DNA of 64,000 bases from an uncultured Actinomycetes bacterium (GTDB lineage Bacteria; Actinomycetota; Thermoleophilia; Gaiellales; Gaiellaceae): NCBI GenBank assembly GCA_963717405.1, contig OY970333.1, forward strand, positions 899,645-963,644, read 5' to 3'. Positions within the stretch are counted from its first letter, which is position 1. Each line of letters begins with the position of its first letter. The translations under genes and the position numbers were made by a program. Shown here one piece after another: positions 29,248 through 39,839 of this stretch. Below the pieces are notes generated by a model that did not search any database, was not told the origin of the DNA, and worked only from the letters and a program-made list of their open reading frames with translations.

Positions 29248-29724
29248 GTGACTATCCTCAGGCTCATGGCCGAGGCGAACTACGTGTCCGGGCACGACTA
29301 CGTCGTGGAGTTCCTCGGGTACCGATTCGCCTTCAGCTCCGTTGATTTCGAGGAACGGGTCGGCGCTGCGGCGATCAAGCTCGGCCTAGTCGAGCCCGGC
29401 GACCTCGACGAGGAGGAGACCGCCGATCTCGTGGAGCTCGTCTGGCAACAGCGGATCGCGGAACCCCGAAGCGCGCTCGGCGACTACCTCGTCCGCCAGT
29501 GGCAGCGTCTGGCGCTGGTCAACGAGGAGTCGCTCGTCTACTGGCTCCGGAAGCTCGTGTTCCGAAGCGCCTGGCTCGACCACCGGGTCAAGGAGAACCT
29601 CCTCGAAGTCGCCTGGGACGACGACTCGGCCGAGTTCACGTACCGGGATCCGGATGGACATCGGGCTCTCCTCGAGGTCGCCCCCGTGCCGTCCTGGCAC
29701 GAGCTGCAATACCGGCGCGCGTGA
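29248..29724 (+). CDS. Hypothetical protein (no family recognised)
   Basis: 158 aa with an ATG start and host-like GC3-rich codon usage. It is acidic and Trp-rich. It is divergent from recJ. Confidence 0.55.
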   Translation: MTILRLMAEANYVSGHDYVVEFLGYRFAFSSVDFEERVGAAAIKLGLVEPGDLDEEETADLVELVWQQRIAEPRSALGDYLVRQWQRLALVNEESLVYWLRKLVFRSAWLDHRVKENLLEVAWDDDSAEFTYRDPDGHRALLEVAPVPSWHELQYRRA

Positions 29725-29882
29725 CCCGCAGGCAACTCCTCCTCGCCGCGGGTGGCTCGATCCTCGCGGCAGGCGGGCCTCCTCGGCGACGTGCACGCGG
29801 TTGCTCCTCGAGCTGCCGTCAGGTTGGCTCTCCGGCTCGCGAGACCACGGAGACGTTCCCGACTGCCCTCTAGAGTCGGCGC

Positions 29883-30815
29883 ATGCTCATCCTGAGCCGA
29901 GCCGAGGTGGAGGCTGCGCTCGACGTCGACACACTCATCGACGCGCTCGAGCGTGCATTCGTCGAGGTCAGCGCCGGGCGCGCCTCGGTGCCGCCGCGGA
30001 TCGCCGCTCTGACGCCGCACGGCTTCCTCGGCGCGATGGCAGCGCACGTGGAAGGGACGCTCGCCTCCAAGCTCGTCTCGGTCTTCTCGGGGAACCACGA
30101 GCGCGGCCTGCCGTCGCACCAGGCGATCGTCACGCTCTTCGACCCGGAAGACGGCCTGCCACTTGCCGTCATGGACGGGACGTACATCACGGCGGTTCGC
30201 ACGGCTGCCGCATCGGCGGTCGCGACACGGGCGCTCGCGCGGGACGACGCGCGCGTCCTCGCCGTCGTGGGGGCGGGCGTGCAAGGCCGGGCCCACCTCG
30301 ACGTGGTCGGGCGCGTGCGGGCATTTGAGGAGATCCGCCTCGCCAGCCGGACTCGCGCGCACGCGGAAGACGCCGCAGCGCCGGCCGGCGCGGCCGTAGC
30401 CGAGACCTTCGAGGACGCCGTACGCGGAGCCGACGTCGTCTGCCTCTGCACGGACTCACCGGAGTCCGTGATCGCCCGCGAGTGGCTCACACCAGGCGTG
30501 CACGTCACATCCGTGGGTTACGCCGGGCAGGGCGGGGAACTCGGCCAGGACGTCGTCCGGGCGGGCCTCCTCGTCGTCGAGTCGCGCGTGGCGCTCGAGC
30601 CGCCGCCCGCGGGCGCGGACGAGCTCCAGGGGCTCGAGCCGGAGGACGTTGTCGAGCTCGGCGAGATCCTCTCCGGCGCGCATCCCGGACGGACGAGCGA
30701 GGACGAGATCACCGTCTACAAGTCGATGGGCCATGCTTCGGAGGACGCGGTCGCGGCGCGGCTCGTCTACGAGCACGCGCGGGCCAAGGGCCTCGGCACC
30801 GAGGTAGAGATCTAG
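29883..30815 (+). CDS. Ornithine cyclodeaminase / mu-crystallin family protein
   Basis: 310 aa with the Rossmann motif '[14 protein letters not shown]' and family-typical N-terminal '[10 protein letters not shown]'. Confidence 0.8.
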   Translation: MLILSRAEVEAALDVDTLIDALERAFVEVSAGRASVPPRIAALTPHGFLGAMAAHVEGTLASKLVSVFSGNHERGLPSHQAIVTLFDPEDGLPLAVMDGTYITAVRTAAASAVATRALARDDARVLAVVGAGVQGRAHLDVVGRVRAFEEIRLASRTRAHAEDAAAPAGAAVAETFEDAVRGADVVCLCTDSPESVIAREWLTPGVHVTSVGYAGQGGELGQDVVRAGLLVVESRVALEPPPAGADELQGLEPEDVVELGEILSGAHPGRTSEDEITVYKSMGHASEDAVAARLVYEHARAKGLGTEVEI

Positions 30816-31828
30816 AAGAGTGAGTCGGCCGGCTCGATCGCGCCCGCGCGCTCTCGGCCCTGGCTCGTCAAGATCCGCCCGCGCGGCGTCCGCTGGATCA
30901 GTCCGAGCTGCAGGAGGTAGGGCTCGTAGACGTCCTCGATCGTGTCCGGCTCCTCGCCGAGCGCGACGGCGAGCGTCGAGAGCCCGACCGGCCCGCCGTC
31001 GAACTTCCGCGCGATCGCCGCGAGGAGGGCGCGGTCAGCGCGCTCGAGTCCGCCCTCGTCCACCTCGAGGAGCTCGAGCGCCTCTCGCGCCACCGCGAGC
31101 GTGACCGCGCCGTCGTGGCGCACCTCGGCGACGTCGCGAACCCGCCTCAGGATGCGGTTCGCCACGCGTGGTGTCCCGCGGGCTCGTCGCGCAATCTCCT
31201 CGGCGGCCTCGTCGTCGACCCGGACGCCGAGAATGCGGGCGGAGCGCCGGACGATCCGCGCGAGCTCTTCCGCCGTGTAGAGCTCGAGGCGGTAGGTGAT
31301 CCCGAAACGGTCTCGGAGCGGCGTCGTCAGGAGCCCGGTGCGCGTCGTCGCGCCGACGAGCGTGAAGGGTGGCAGATCGAGGGTAAGCGTTCGGGCGGCG
31401 GGGCCCTGCCCGACGATGATGTCGAGCCGGAAGTCCTCGAGAGCCGGGTAGAGGATCTCCTCCACGGCTCGGTTCAGGCGGTGGATCTCGTCCACGAACA
31501 GGACGTCCCGCTCCTCGAGGGAAGTCAGGATCGCCGCCATGTCGCCCTTTCGCTCAAGCGCGGGGCCTGCCACGGTGCGGATTCCGACGCCGAGCTCCTC
31601 GCGCACGATGAAGGCGAGGCTTGTCTTCCCGAGGCCCGGTGGGCCCGCGAGGAGGACGTGGTCGAGTGCCTCTCCGCGAGCCTTCGCCGCTTCGAGTGAG
31701 ATCGCGAGCTGCTCCTTGACGCGCTCCTGGCCGACGAACTCGTCGAGGCTCCGTGGGCGCAGCGACCCGTCGAGCTCGTCCTCCTCGGGCGCGACCACCG
31801 CGGCGGCCGTCACACGCTCTGCGCTCAC
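30812..31828 (-). CDS. ruvB: Holliday junction branch migration ATPase
   Basis: 338 aa with 'GPPGLGKTS' and 'LFVDEIHRL'. Confidence 0.95.
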   Translation of the reverse strand: MSAERVTAAAVVAPEEDELDGSLRPRSLDEFVGQERVKEQLAISLEAAKARGEALDHVLLAGPPGLGKTSLAFIVREELGVGIRTVAGPALERKGDMAAILTSLEERDVLFVDEIHRLNRAVEEILYPALEDFRLDIIVGQGPAARTLTLDLPPFTLVGATTRTGLLTTPLRDRFGITYRLELYTAEELARIVRRSARILGVRVDDEAAEEIARRARGTPRVANRILRRVRDVAEVRHDGAVTLAVAREALELLEVDEGGLERADRALLAAIARKFDGGPVGLSTLAVALGEEPDTIEDVYEPYLLQLGLIQRTPRGRILTSQGRERAGAIEPADSLF

Positions 31829-32397
31829 GCCGCGCGGAGCGCCTGCCGGACGCGCTCGGCCGGCGGCAGTTCGGGGTCGGTCTCGGCGAGGCGCTGCTCG
31901 GCTTCGGCCGCGGTATAGCCGAGCTCGACGAGCGCGTCGCGGGCGACGACGTGGCCGTCCCCGCGGCCGAGGTGCGGCGATTCCTCCACCGCCGCGAGCG
32001 GTGTGATCTTCTCCTTCAGCTCGAGCACCACGCGCTGTGCCGTCTTGCGGCCGATGCCGGGGATCGTCTCGAAGAGGGCTGCGTCCTCGCGGACGATCGC
32101 CCGCTGGAGCTCACCCGTGGTGTAACCGGACACGATGGCGAGCGCGACCTTCGGCCCGACGCCGTTCACCGCGAGCAGCTGCTCGAAGAGCCGGCGCTCG
32201 TCGGGGTCGGCGAATCCGTAGAGCTGCAGCGCGTCCTCGCGCACGTGGAGATGCGTCTCGAGCACCACCTCGTCGGCGCCCTCGGCCTTCCGGGCCGCGC
32301 TCGGCGTCGCGGCGAGCCGGTAGCCGACTCCCCCGACGTCGAGTACGAGTCCCTCCGCATCCCACGTGACGGGCTTCCCGCGCAGCCGGGCGATCAC
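31825..32397 (-). CDS. ruvA: Holliday junction DNA helicase subunit
   Basis: 190 aa with 'MIARLRGK' and HhH '[10 protein letters not shown]'/'IPGIGRKTA'. Confidence 0.9.
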   Translation of the reverse strand: MIARLRGKPVTWDAEGLVLDVGGVGYRLAATPSAARKAEGADEVVLETHLHVREDALQLYGFADPDERRLFEQLLAVNGVGPKVALAIVSGYTTGELQRAIVREDAALFETIPGIGRKTAQRVVLELKEKITPLAAVEESPHLGRGDGHVVARDALVELGYTAAEAEQRLAETDPELPPAERVRQALRAA

Positions 32398-32891
32398 CGG
32401 GCCGCTCCCGCGAGCCGGGCGAGCGGCGGGGCGAGGGCATGGCAGATCGCGACCGCGAGGGCATCGGAGGCGTGGTGCGGCGTCGGTGCCTCGCTGAGGG
32501 CGAGCACTGTCCGCACCATCCGCTGCACCTGTTCCTTGTCAGCGCGGCCGTAGCCGCACACGGCTTGCTTCACCGTGGCAGGGGGGTATTCACGACACGG
32601 AACCTCGGCGGCCGCGCACGCGACGAGCACGGCGCCTCGCGCCTGCCCGACGGAGAGCGCGATGCGGGCGTCGGCGCCGACGTAGGACTCCTCGATTGCG
32701 ACCGCCTCCGGCTCGTGCTCGGCGATCAGGGCCGCCACCTCGTCGTGGATCCGCTTCACACGGAGGGCGATGTCCTGCCCGGCGGGCGTCTTCCACCAGC
32801 CGTGCACCACCGCTCGGAGGTTGTTTCCGCTTGAGTGGACGATCCCGTACCCGCACGCCGCCGTCCCCGGATCGATGCCCAGAACCTTCAC
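32394..32891 (-). CDS. ruvC: Crossover junction endodeoxyribonuclease
   Basis: 165 aa with 'MKVLGIDPG' and 'HASDALAVAICH'. Confidence 0.9.
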   Translation of the reverse strand: MKVLGIDPGTAACGYGIVHSSGNNLRAVVHGWWKTPAGQDIALRVKRIHDEVAALIAEHEPEAVAIEESYVGADARIALSVGQARGAVLVACAAAEVPCREYPPATVKQAVCGYGRADKEQVQRMVRTVLALSEAPTPHHASDALAVAICHALAPPLARLAGAAR

Positions 32892-32955
32892 GCATCGAGG
32901 TTAGGCATCGAGGCGGACGTTCCTTTCGCCGGCGTCTGCTCCTACGATCGGATCC

Positions 32956-33333
32956 GTGAACTCGCTGGTCGTCCTGACTCCCATCCTGTTCCTCGTTTCG
33001 GTCTGGGTCGTCGCTGAGTCCTGGGACACTGCTGCAACCAGGCGACAGGCGGCGACCATCATCCAAGCGGTGCTGGCCGCGGCTACAAGCGCAGCGCTGA
33101 TCCTGTACACGGCGAGCGAGGACGACTACCGCGACACCGGGGTGTCTCGCTGGGAGGCATACGACGCAAGAGCGATGACCGTCGCAGCTGCTCTCGCCGG
33201 AGCCGTCGCGTCCGCGGGCGCCCTGATCGAGGCAAGAAGGCGAGGCCGCCGCGCCCTCGTTCTCGTCGGGGCGGCGGGAATCGTCGCCGCCGTCCTGCTC
33301 TTCCTAGCGTTCGCCGCAAACTCCCTGAACTAG
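32956..33333 (+). CDS. Hypothetical membrane protein
   Basis: 125 aa with about four hydrophobic helices. No family is recognised. Confidence 0.45.
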   Translation: MNSLVVLTPILFLVSVWVVAESWDTAATRRQAATIIQAVLAAATSAALILYTASEDDYRDTGVSRWEAYDARAMTVAAALAGAVASAGALIEARRRGRRALVLVGAAGIVAAVLLFLAFAANSLN

Positions 33334-33347
33334 CTAATTCGTCCGGG

Positions 33348-34058
33348 CTACGGCACGTAGCTCCGCACCTGCGAGCGGTCGGAGCGGTAGTCGATCGGGA
33401 GGAGGTAGGGCCCCGGCTCCGAGCCGTGGCTGACGACCTTGCCGTTCCCGACGTAGACGGCGACGTGCGACGGCACCGACCCGCCGCCGTAGAAGACGAG
33501 GTCCCCCGGCCGCGGGCTGTTCGTCGTCTTCCCGTGCTGCACCTGGGTGCCCGTGTAGCCGAAGCCGTTGAAGCCGAGGCCGTTCGGGTCGGTGGCCCCG
33601 GCTGCCCAGTAGCACCACGTGGCGAAGGACGAACAGTCCTCCCAGGCCGGATGCTTGGGCGGGCGGATGCCTTCGCGGACGCCTTCCATGCGGCGCGCGT
33701 CCTGCGTGTAGTGAAGCGCCTCCTTGTGCTTGTAGCCCACGAACGCCGAGGCGACGATCTTGTGCCGGCACCCGCGGATCTTCGTCGTGTCCACCTGTGA
33801 GACGAGCCAGCGCTCGTAGCGCGAGTAGCTCGGGAGGAGCGAGCGGAACGTGATCGGCCCGACCTGGCCGTCGACCTCCAGTCCCTTGTCCCGCTGGTAG
33901 GCGCGGACGGCCGCGTCGGTCGCGGCGTCGAAGACCGGCCCGACCTCCCCGGCCGGCAGATCGAGGTACCCCAGCCGCCGCAGCGCGCGCTTCAGGGCCC
34001 GAACGTCGCGCCCCCGGGACTCGAGCTCGATCTGGCGGGGGAGCTTGAGCTCAGCCAT
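33348..34058 (-). CDS. Peptidoglycan-binding domain + NlpC/P60 cell-wall hydrolase
   Basis: PG_binding_1-like 'LKRALRRLGYL...AVRAYQRDKGLEVDGQVGP'. The NlpC/P60 Cys is in 'DCSSFATWCYW' and the His in 'SHVAVYVGNGKVVSHG'. Confidence 0.85.
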   Translation of the reverse strand: MAELKLPRQIELESRGRDVRALKRALRRLGYLDLPAGEVGPVFDAATDAAVRAYQRDKGLEVDGQVGPITFRSLLPSYSRYERWLVSQVDTTKIRGCRHKIVASAFVGYKHKEALHYTQDARRMEGVREGIRPPKHPAWEDCSSFATWCYWAAGATDPNGLGFNGFGYTGTQVQHGKTTNSPRPGDLVFYGGGSVPSHVAVYVGNGKVVSHGSEPGPYLLPIDYRSDRSQVRSYVP

Positions 34059-34272
34059 CGCTCCGCTCCTCGTGCACGCGATCGTCGCCCTCGTCCGCGG
34101 GCGGCGAGTCTGTCGACTCGCCCGCGAACGGGTCGAACTCGTCTTCGTCAGCGGTCAGCGGAAGGTCGCGGAGCGCTGTCCGGATGGAGTCTGTGACCCC
34201 CACGGCTCACCTCCAAGGTTGCGGCGAGACGAAGGTACTCCTTCCACCCGCTCGGGACAAGCCGCTGCAGAC

Positions 34273-35028
34273 CTAGGTGGCCGCGGCCTCGAGCACCCGC
34301 TCCGGCATGTCGAAGTTCGCATAGACGTCCTGGACGTCGTCGTTGTCTTCGAGGGCATCCATGAGCCGCAGGAGCTTGCGCGCAGACGCCTCGTCCTCGA
34401 TCTCGACGGTCGTCTTCGGAAGCATCGTCAGGTCGGCAGACTCGACCGGGATTCCGGCCGCCTCGAGTGCCTTGCGAACGGTCGGTAAGGCCTCGGGCGG
34501 CGAGGTCACCTGAAAGCTCGAGCCTTCCCTGCCGACATCGTCGGCACCGCCTTCTGCCGCGGCGAGCATCACGTCGTCCTCGTCGGCTCGGTCGGCGTCG
34601 ACCAGTACGAGCCCTCGCCGCTCGAAGAGCCAGGCCACCGAGCCGCTGGTTCCGAGGTTGCCGTCATGCTTGGCGAAGATGTGGCGCACCTCGGCGCTCG
34701 TGCGGTTCCGGTTGTCGGTGAGCGCTTCCACGAGGACGGCGACGCCGTTCGGCCCGTAACCCTCGTAGGCGATCTGCTCGTACGTCTGGCCGTCTGCTCC
34801 GGCGCCCGAGCCGCGGGCGACCGCGCGCTCGATGTTGTCCTTCGGCATCGAGTTGTCGCGCGCCTTCTGGATCGCCGTCGCGAGGGCGCTGTTCCCCTCC
34901 GGGTCGGGGCCCCCTTCCCTGGCCGCGACGATGATCGCACGCGAGAGCTTTGAGAAGAGCTGGCCACGCTTGGCGTCCGCTGCGCCCTTCTTGTGCTTGA
35001 TGGAGGACCACTTGCTATGCCCGGACAA
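34273..35028 (-). CDS. yebC: YebC/PmpR-family transcriptional regulator
   Basis: TTG 35028 is preceded by GGGAGGAG and reads '(M)[14 protein letters not shown]...'. The upstream part of the 290-aa track ORF overlaps pdxT. Confidence 0.9.
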   Translation of the reverse strand: MSGHSKWSSIKHKKGAADAKRGQLFSKLSRAIIVAAREGGPDPEGNSALATAIQKARDNSMPKDNIERAVARGSGAGADGQTYEQIAYEGYGPNGVAVLVEALTDNRNRTSAEVRHIFAKHDGNLGTSGSVAWLFERRGLVLVDADRADEDDVMLAAAEGGADDVGREGSSFQVTSPPEALPTVRKALEAAGIPVESADLTMLPKTTVEIEDEASARKLLRLMDALEDNDDVQDVYANFDMPERVLEAAAT

Positions 35029-35575
35029 CGCTCTCCTCCCGGACGAGCTCGAGGAACCGCTCGTGGACGCGGGTGTCGTCCGTGAGCTCGGGATGGAAGG
35101 CCGCGACGAGGATTCTGCCGTCGCGGAGGAGCACGGGGTCGCCACCGTGCTCGGCGAGCACCTCGACGCCCGGCCCGATCCTCCGGACTCGCGGCGCGCG
35201 GATAAAGATGCCCCGAAGCGGCTCCGTCTCGTCGGCGAGCTCGAGGTCTGCCTCGAAGCTCGCGACCTGACGGCCGTATGCGTTTCGCTCCACGCTCAGG
35301 TCGGTCAGGCCGAGATGCTCACGGTCGAGGAGAATCATGCCGGCGCAGGTCCCGAAGACGGGCCGGGCGAAGCGCCTGATCGCCTCCTCGAGCCCGTAGA
35401 GCCGCGCGAGCCGCGCGATGGCCGTCGATTCCCCGCCGGGAATGACGAGGCCGTCGAGCTCGTCGAGCTCTTCGGGCTTGCGAACCTCGACCACGCGTGC
35501 CCCGAGCCGCCGCAGCATCGCTGCGTGCTCGCGGAAGTTTCCCTGCAATGCCAGAACACCGATCCGGGGTGTCAT
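35015..35575 (-). CDS. pdxT: Pyridoxal 5'-phosphate synthase glutaminase subunit
   Basis: 186 aa with '[10 protein letters not shown]' and '[11 protein letters not shown]'. Confidence 0.9.
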   Translation of the reverse strand: MTPRIGVLALQGNFREHAAMLRRLGARVVEVRKPEELDELDGLVIPGGESTAIARLARLYGLEEAIRRFARPVFGTCAGMILLDREHLGLTDLSVERNAYGRQVASFEADLELADETEPLRGIFIRAPRVRRIGPGVEVLAEHGGDPVLLRDGRILVAAFHPELTDDTRVHERFLELVREESVVRA

Positions 35576-35680
35576 CGCGCGTGAAACTGTACCCCCGGGG
35601 GTCTCCGGCCCCTCGCCCCCGCCTCTGAGCCTACGACGGAAATTCTCGCGTGTGGGCGCCGGAGCGTGCCGACTCTCGCG

Positions 35681-36565
35681 CTACCAGCCGCGGGTTTCGA
35701 GGAGCTCTTCGGGCGCGAGCGCAGCGGCGTCGAGGCCGCGCATCGGCTCGCCCAGATCGGTCGAGACGCGAGCCAGGATCTCGGGATCCTCGAAGTGCGT
35801 CGTCGCCTCGACGATCGCCTTCGCGCGGGCCGCCGGATCCGTGCTCTTGAAGATGCCCGAGCCCACGAACACGCCGTCGGCACCGAGCTGCATGCAGAGC
35901 GCGGCGTCCGCCGGCGTCGCGATCCCACCGGCCGTGAAGGTGACGACCGGAAGACGACCATGCTCAGCCACCCAGCGGACGAGCTCGAGGGGCGCCTGGA
36001 GATTCTTGGCCTCCGTGTAGAGCTCCTCCGGAGGGAGGGCGCCCAGGCGCTTGATGCCGCCGAAAACAGCCCGCATGTGGCGCACAGCGTTCACGATGTC
36101 GCCCGTGCCGGCCTCGCCTTTCGTCCGGATCATCGCCGCGCCCTCCGAGAGTCGGCGCAACGCCTCACCGAGGTTCCTGCAACCACAGACGAACGGGACG
36201 TCGAAGCCCCACTTGTCGATGTGATTCTCCTCGTCGGCCGGCGTCAAGACCTCGCTCTCGTCGATGTAGTCGACCTCGAGTGCCTGGAGCACCTGCGCCT
36301 CGACGAAGTGCCCGATCCGGGCCTTCGCCATCACCGGGATGGTCACGGTCTCCTGGATCTCCTGGATCTTGGTCGGGTCGGCCATGCGCGCGACGCCGCC
36401 CTCCTTACGGATGTCGGCCGGGACGCGTTCGAGCGCCATCACCGCGACCGCGCCCGCGTCCTCGGCGATCCGTGCCTGGTCGGCGTCGGTCACGTCCATG
36501 ATCACCCCGCCCTTCAGCATCTCGGCGAGGCCGCTTTTGACCCGCATGGTTCCTAGCTCGGCCAC
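35681..36565 (-). CDS. pdxS: Pyridoxal 5'-phosphate synthase lyase subunit
   Basis: 294 aa with 'LKGGVIMDV', '[10 protein letters not shown]' and '[15 protein letters not shown]'. Confidence 0.95.
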   Translation of the reverse strand: MAELGTMRVKSGLAEMLKGGVIMDVTDADQARIAEDAGAVAVMALERVPADIRKEGGVARMADPTKIQEIQETVTIPVMAKARIGHFVEAQVLQALEVDYIDESEVLTPADEENHIDKWGFDVPFVCGCRNLGEALRRLSEGAAMIRTKGEAGTGDIVNAVRHMRAVFGGIKRLGALPPEELYTEAKNLQAPLELVRWVAEHGRLPVVTFTAGGIATPADAALCMQLGADGVFVGSGIFKSTDPAARAKAIVEATTHFEDPEILARVSTDLGEPMRGLDAAALAPEELLETRGW

Positions 36566-36722
36566 GACGCCATTCTAGCTCGGCACAGGCGAGCGCCGAG
36601 GCCGCCCACCACGATGGCGGGAGCCCCCTAGGGGGTGCGGGCGCCCCAGAGAGAACGCTAGCCCCAAGGGTGTGCCTGGTGTCGCGCAGTTTGCACCGGT
36701 TGTGGGACGGAAGAGGGCCGCT

Positions 36723-37319
36723 TCACGCCGCGTTCAACTCCTTGCGTGCGCGGACTTGCTCCCGCTCGACCTCCGCACGGACCGGACAGCTCACGACGTG
36801 GTCGTTCACGAGCCCACAGGCCTGCATGAGCGCATACGCCGTCGTCGGCCCGACGAACCGAAAACCGCGACCCTTCAGCTCCTTCGCGAGCGCCGCCGAT
36901 TCCGGTGTCACCGCCGGTAGATCCTCGAGCGAACGCGGCGCGGCTCTCTCCGGCCCGGGCGCGAACGACCAGACCCGCAGCGAGAGCCCGCCCCCGGCGC
37001 GCAGTTCGACCACGGCTCGCGCATTTGCCACGGTTGCCTGAATCTTTGCCCGGTTCCGAACGATGTCCGCGTCCCCGAGCAAGCGCTCCACCTCACGGGC
37101 TCCGAACCCCGCCACGGCCTCGGGATCGAAGCCGGCGAACGCCCGCCGAAAGCCCTCGCGCTTCCGCAGGATCGTCGCCCACGAAAGCCCGGACTGGAAC
37201 GCTTCCAGACTCAGCCGCTCGAAGAGCCCAACCTCTTCGGTGACCGGTCGACCCCATTCCTCGTCGTGGTAGGCGGCGAGCTCGTCGCCGACAGCCCAGG
37301 CGCAACGCAAGCCGCTCAT
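36723..37319 (-). CDS. tag: DNA-3-methyladenine glycosylase I
   Basis: 198 aa with 'YHDEEWGRP', 'FQSGLSWATILRKRE' and 'MQACGLVNDHVVSC'. Confidence 0.9.
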   Translation of the reverse strand: MSGLRCAWAVGDELAAYHDEEWGRPVTEEVGLFERLSLEAFQSGLSWATILRKREGFRRAFAGFDPEAVAGFGAREVERLLGDADIVRNRAKIQATVANARAVVELRAGGGLSLRVWSFAPGPERAAPRSLEDLPAVTPESAALAKELKGRGFRFVGPTTAYALMQACGLVNDHVVSCPVRAEVEREQVRARKELNAA

Positions 37320-39136
37320 CCGAGGAGCTCGAGCGCCGCCTCCGGCTCCTTGAAGGGCGGAATGACGTAGATGCCGGCAGCCCGCTCCCGTGCGGCCTCG
37401 ATCAGCTCTCGCGCGACCTCGAGACCCACCGCGGCCGCGTCCGGACCCGCGTCGGACAGCCGCTGTTGAACATTCTCGGGAATCACGATTCCCGGCACCT
37501 CGTTGTGGAGCCGGAACGCGAGCTCGTAGCTGCGCACGGGCCAGATCCCGACGAGGAGCGGGATCGGCGACTCGCCGCCGAGCGCATCAAGAAAGCGGTC
37601 GAGATAGGAGGCGTCGAAGAGCGCCTGGGTCATCGCAAACCGCGCGCCGTTCTCGACCTTACGGCGAAACCGTTCGAGCTCGTGGTCGAGTCCCTCCGAG
37701 GATGGGTTGACCGCGACGCCGACGTAGAAAGAGGTGGGCGCGTCGATCGCCTTCCCCACATAGTCCTCCCCCTCGTTCAGGCGCGCGAGGATCGCCGTCA
37801 GGCCGATCGCGTCGACGTCATAGACCCCGCGTGAGCCCGGGTAGTCGCCCACGTGCGGGGGGTCGCCGGTGACGACGAGGACATTTCGGATCCCGTCCGC
37901 ATGGGCGCCGAGGAGCTGCGACTGCAAGCCCATGATGGACGAGTCGCGCGGAGTCACATGCGGGATCGTCTCGAGACCGACCAGCCGCTCGATCGACGCT
38001 GCCGCCATCAAGGCCGAGAGCCGCGCCCGCGCCATCGGGTTGTCGTTGATGTCGACTGCGTCCACGCGGCCCGAGTCCTTCAGGAGTTGCGAGACGCGCA
38101 GCATGTTCTCCGTATTGGTTCCCTTCGGTGGATCCAGCTCGACGGATACCACCCACTCTTTCGCCTCGAGCTTCTGCTGGAGCCGGGTCTTCGCGACCGA
38201 GCGGACGATGGGCACGACGATGTCGCGCTCGAGGACGGAGAGCGTGAGGCGCGGCTCCCGGCCCTCCTCGACAGCCTGGCGGATGGCGGCGATCTGCGAC
38301 GGCGTCGTGCCGCAGCAGCCGCCGATCACGCGCGCGCCGAGCCGTCGCGCCTGAGCCGCGAACTCAGCGAAGTAGTCGGGCGTCGCATTCGGGTACACGA
38401 GCCGCCCGCCCGTTCTGCTCGGCATGCCGACATTCGGCTGGGCGGTCAGCATCAAGCCGTTCTCGCCGACGAGCTCCGACATCTCGGCGAGGGCGGCAAG
38501 GGCGGCCTGGGGACCAAGCCCGCAGTTCGCGCCGAGCGCAGTCAGCCCCGCACCCCGAAGCCGCTCGGCCGCGTCCCGGGCGGAAACGCCGGCCAGAGTT
38601 TGCGCATCCTCGTCGAAGGTGAGCTGAGCGATGATCGGGAGGCTCGAGACGCTCTTCACGGCCGCGATCGCGGTCTCGAGCTCGTGGAGCTCGAAGAACG
38701 TCTCGACGAGAAAGAGGTCGACGCCCCGTCCTTCGAGGAACGCGGCCTGCTCGCGGAAGACCTCGTACGCATCCTCCGCCCCGCTCGTGCCCTCGAGGTC
38801 TCCGAGCGGCCCGATCGAGCCGCCGATGAGAACCGGCGAGCCCGCCACGTCCCGCGCCTCGCGCGCGAGCTTCACGCCGGTTTCGACGATCTCCTTCAGC
38901 CTGTCGTCGAGGAGCTGCGCCGAGAGCTTGCGCCGGTTCGCGCCGAAGGTATTTGTCTCGATGAGCTCGGCGCCGGCCTTGATGAACGCCAGGTGGACGC
39001 CCACGACGGCCTCGGGCGCCTTCAGGTTCGCTTCCTCGGGACAGCGGAGGCGGGGCACGCGCGTCGTCAGAAGCGCGCCGGTGCCGCCGTCGCCCACGAC
39101 GACAGGACCGTTTCGCAGGCGTTCGAGCACGTCCAC
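37316..39136 (-). CDS. Bifunctional homocysteine S-methyltransferase / 5,10-methylenetetrahydrofolate reductase (YitJ-like)
   Basis: 606 aa. The N-terminal S-methyltransferase domain ends in 'GGCCGTTP'. The C-terminal MetF domain has 'VSVELDPPKG...VTPRD...VVTGDPP'. Confidence 0.85.
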   Translation of the reverse strand: MDVLERLRNGPVVVGDGGTGALLTTRVPRLRCPEEANLKAPEAVVGVHLAFIKAGAELIETNTFGANRRKLSAQLLDDRLKEIVETGVKLAREARDVAGSPVLIGGSIGPLGDLEGTSGAEDAYEVFREQAAFLEGRGVDLFLVETFFELHELETAIAAVKSVSSLPIIAQLTFDEDAQTLAGVSARDAAERLRGAGLTALGANCGLGPQAALAALAEMSELVGENGLMLTAQPNVGMPSRTGGRLVYPNATPDYFAEFAAQARRLGARVIGGCCGTTPSQIAAIRQAVEEGREPRLTLSVLERDIVVPIVRSVAKTRLQQKLEAKEWVVSVELDPPKGTNTENMLRVSQLLKDSGRVDAVDINDNPMARARLSALMAAASIERLVGLETIPHVTPRDSSIMGLQSQLLGAHADGIRNVLVVTGDPPHVGDYPGSRGVYDVDAIGLTAILARLNEGEDYVGKAIDAPTSFYVGVAVNPSSEGLDHELERFRRKVENGARFAMTQALFDASYLDRFLDALGGESPIPLLVGIWPVRSYELAFRLHNEVPGIVIPENVQQRLSDAGPDAAAVGLEVARELIEAARERAAGIYVIPPFKEPEAALELLG

Positions 39137-39185
39137 GGGGCCAGTCTAGGCCGGAGTCAGAGGCCGGCCGCGCCCGCGGGTGGCT

Positions 39186-39803
39186 CTATGGCACGAGGTC
39201 GGTGTGGTCGGCCCTCGCGCTCTCGTGATCTCGCTCTCGCGGCCGTACCAGAACGTCCTCGAGCTGAGCGGCGACGTCGCGCAGGCTCTCGAAGGCGCGC
39301 TGCCGCCGGTCGTCGAGGAGCCGGATCTCTTGACGGAGATCGTCGGCTCGCCGACGCGCCTCGGCCTCGATGTCACGGGCCATGGCCTCGGCCGCCTCGC
39401 GCATCGCCCGCGCCTCCTCCTGCGCTTCCGCCCGGGCGCGCTCGGCCTCCTCGGCAGCCTCACGCCGCTCCTGCGCCGCATAGGCGTCGACGGCGAGGCG
39501 GATGTCCGAGGCGTAATCGTCGGCCTCGCGCCGAGCGCGGTCAGCCTCGTTGGTCAGCTCCGAGATTCGCTCCTGCGCGACCTGCTCGGAACGGGAGCGA
39601 ATGGACGCCGCCTCGTCGCGCGCTTCGGCGCGCACCGCGTCGGCCGCCTCCTCTGCCGCTCGCAGGATGGCATCCACCTTGTTGCCGACGTCACCGAGAC
39701 GGCGCGATGGCGCCTGGTTCTCTTCACGCCTTGTGTCTGGCTCCAGCACAGGAATGCTCCCCCTCGTCGCTTGCCGCGGGCGCGAACCTACCCGATTGGA
39801 CAT
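39186..39803 (-). CDS. Hypothetical Ala/Glu/Arg-rich coiled-coil protein
   Basis: 205 aa of continuous heptad-like 'AEEAADAVRAEARDEAASIRSR...'. The start is uncertain. Confidence 0.4.
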   Translation of the reverse strand: MSNRVGSRPRQATRGSIPVLEPDTRREENQAPSRRLGDVGNKVDAILRAAEEAADAVRAEARDEAASIRSRSEQVAQERISELTNEADRARREADDYASDIRLAVDAYAAQERREAAEEAERARAEAQEEARAMREAAEAMARDIEAEARRRADDLRQEIRLLDDRRQRAFESLRDVAAQLEDVLVRPRERDHESARADHTDLVP

Positions 39804-39839
39804 CGATAGGCAACGCAGACGCCCTGTACCCGGGCGGGT

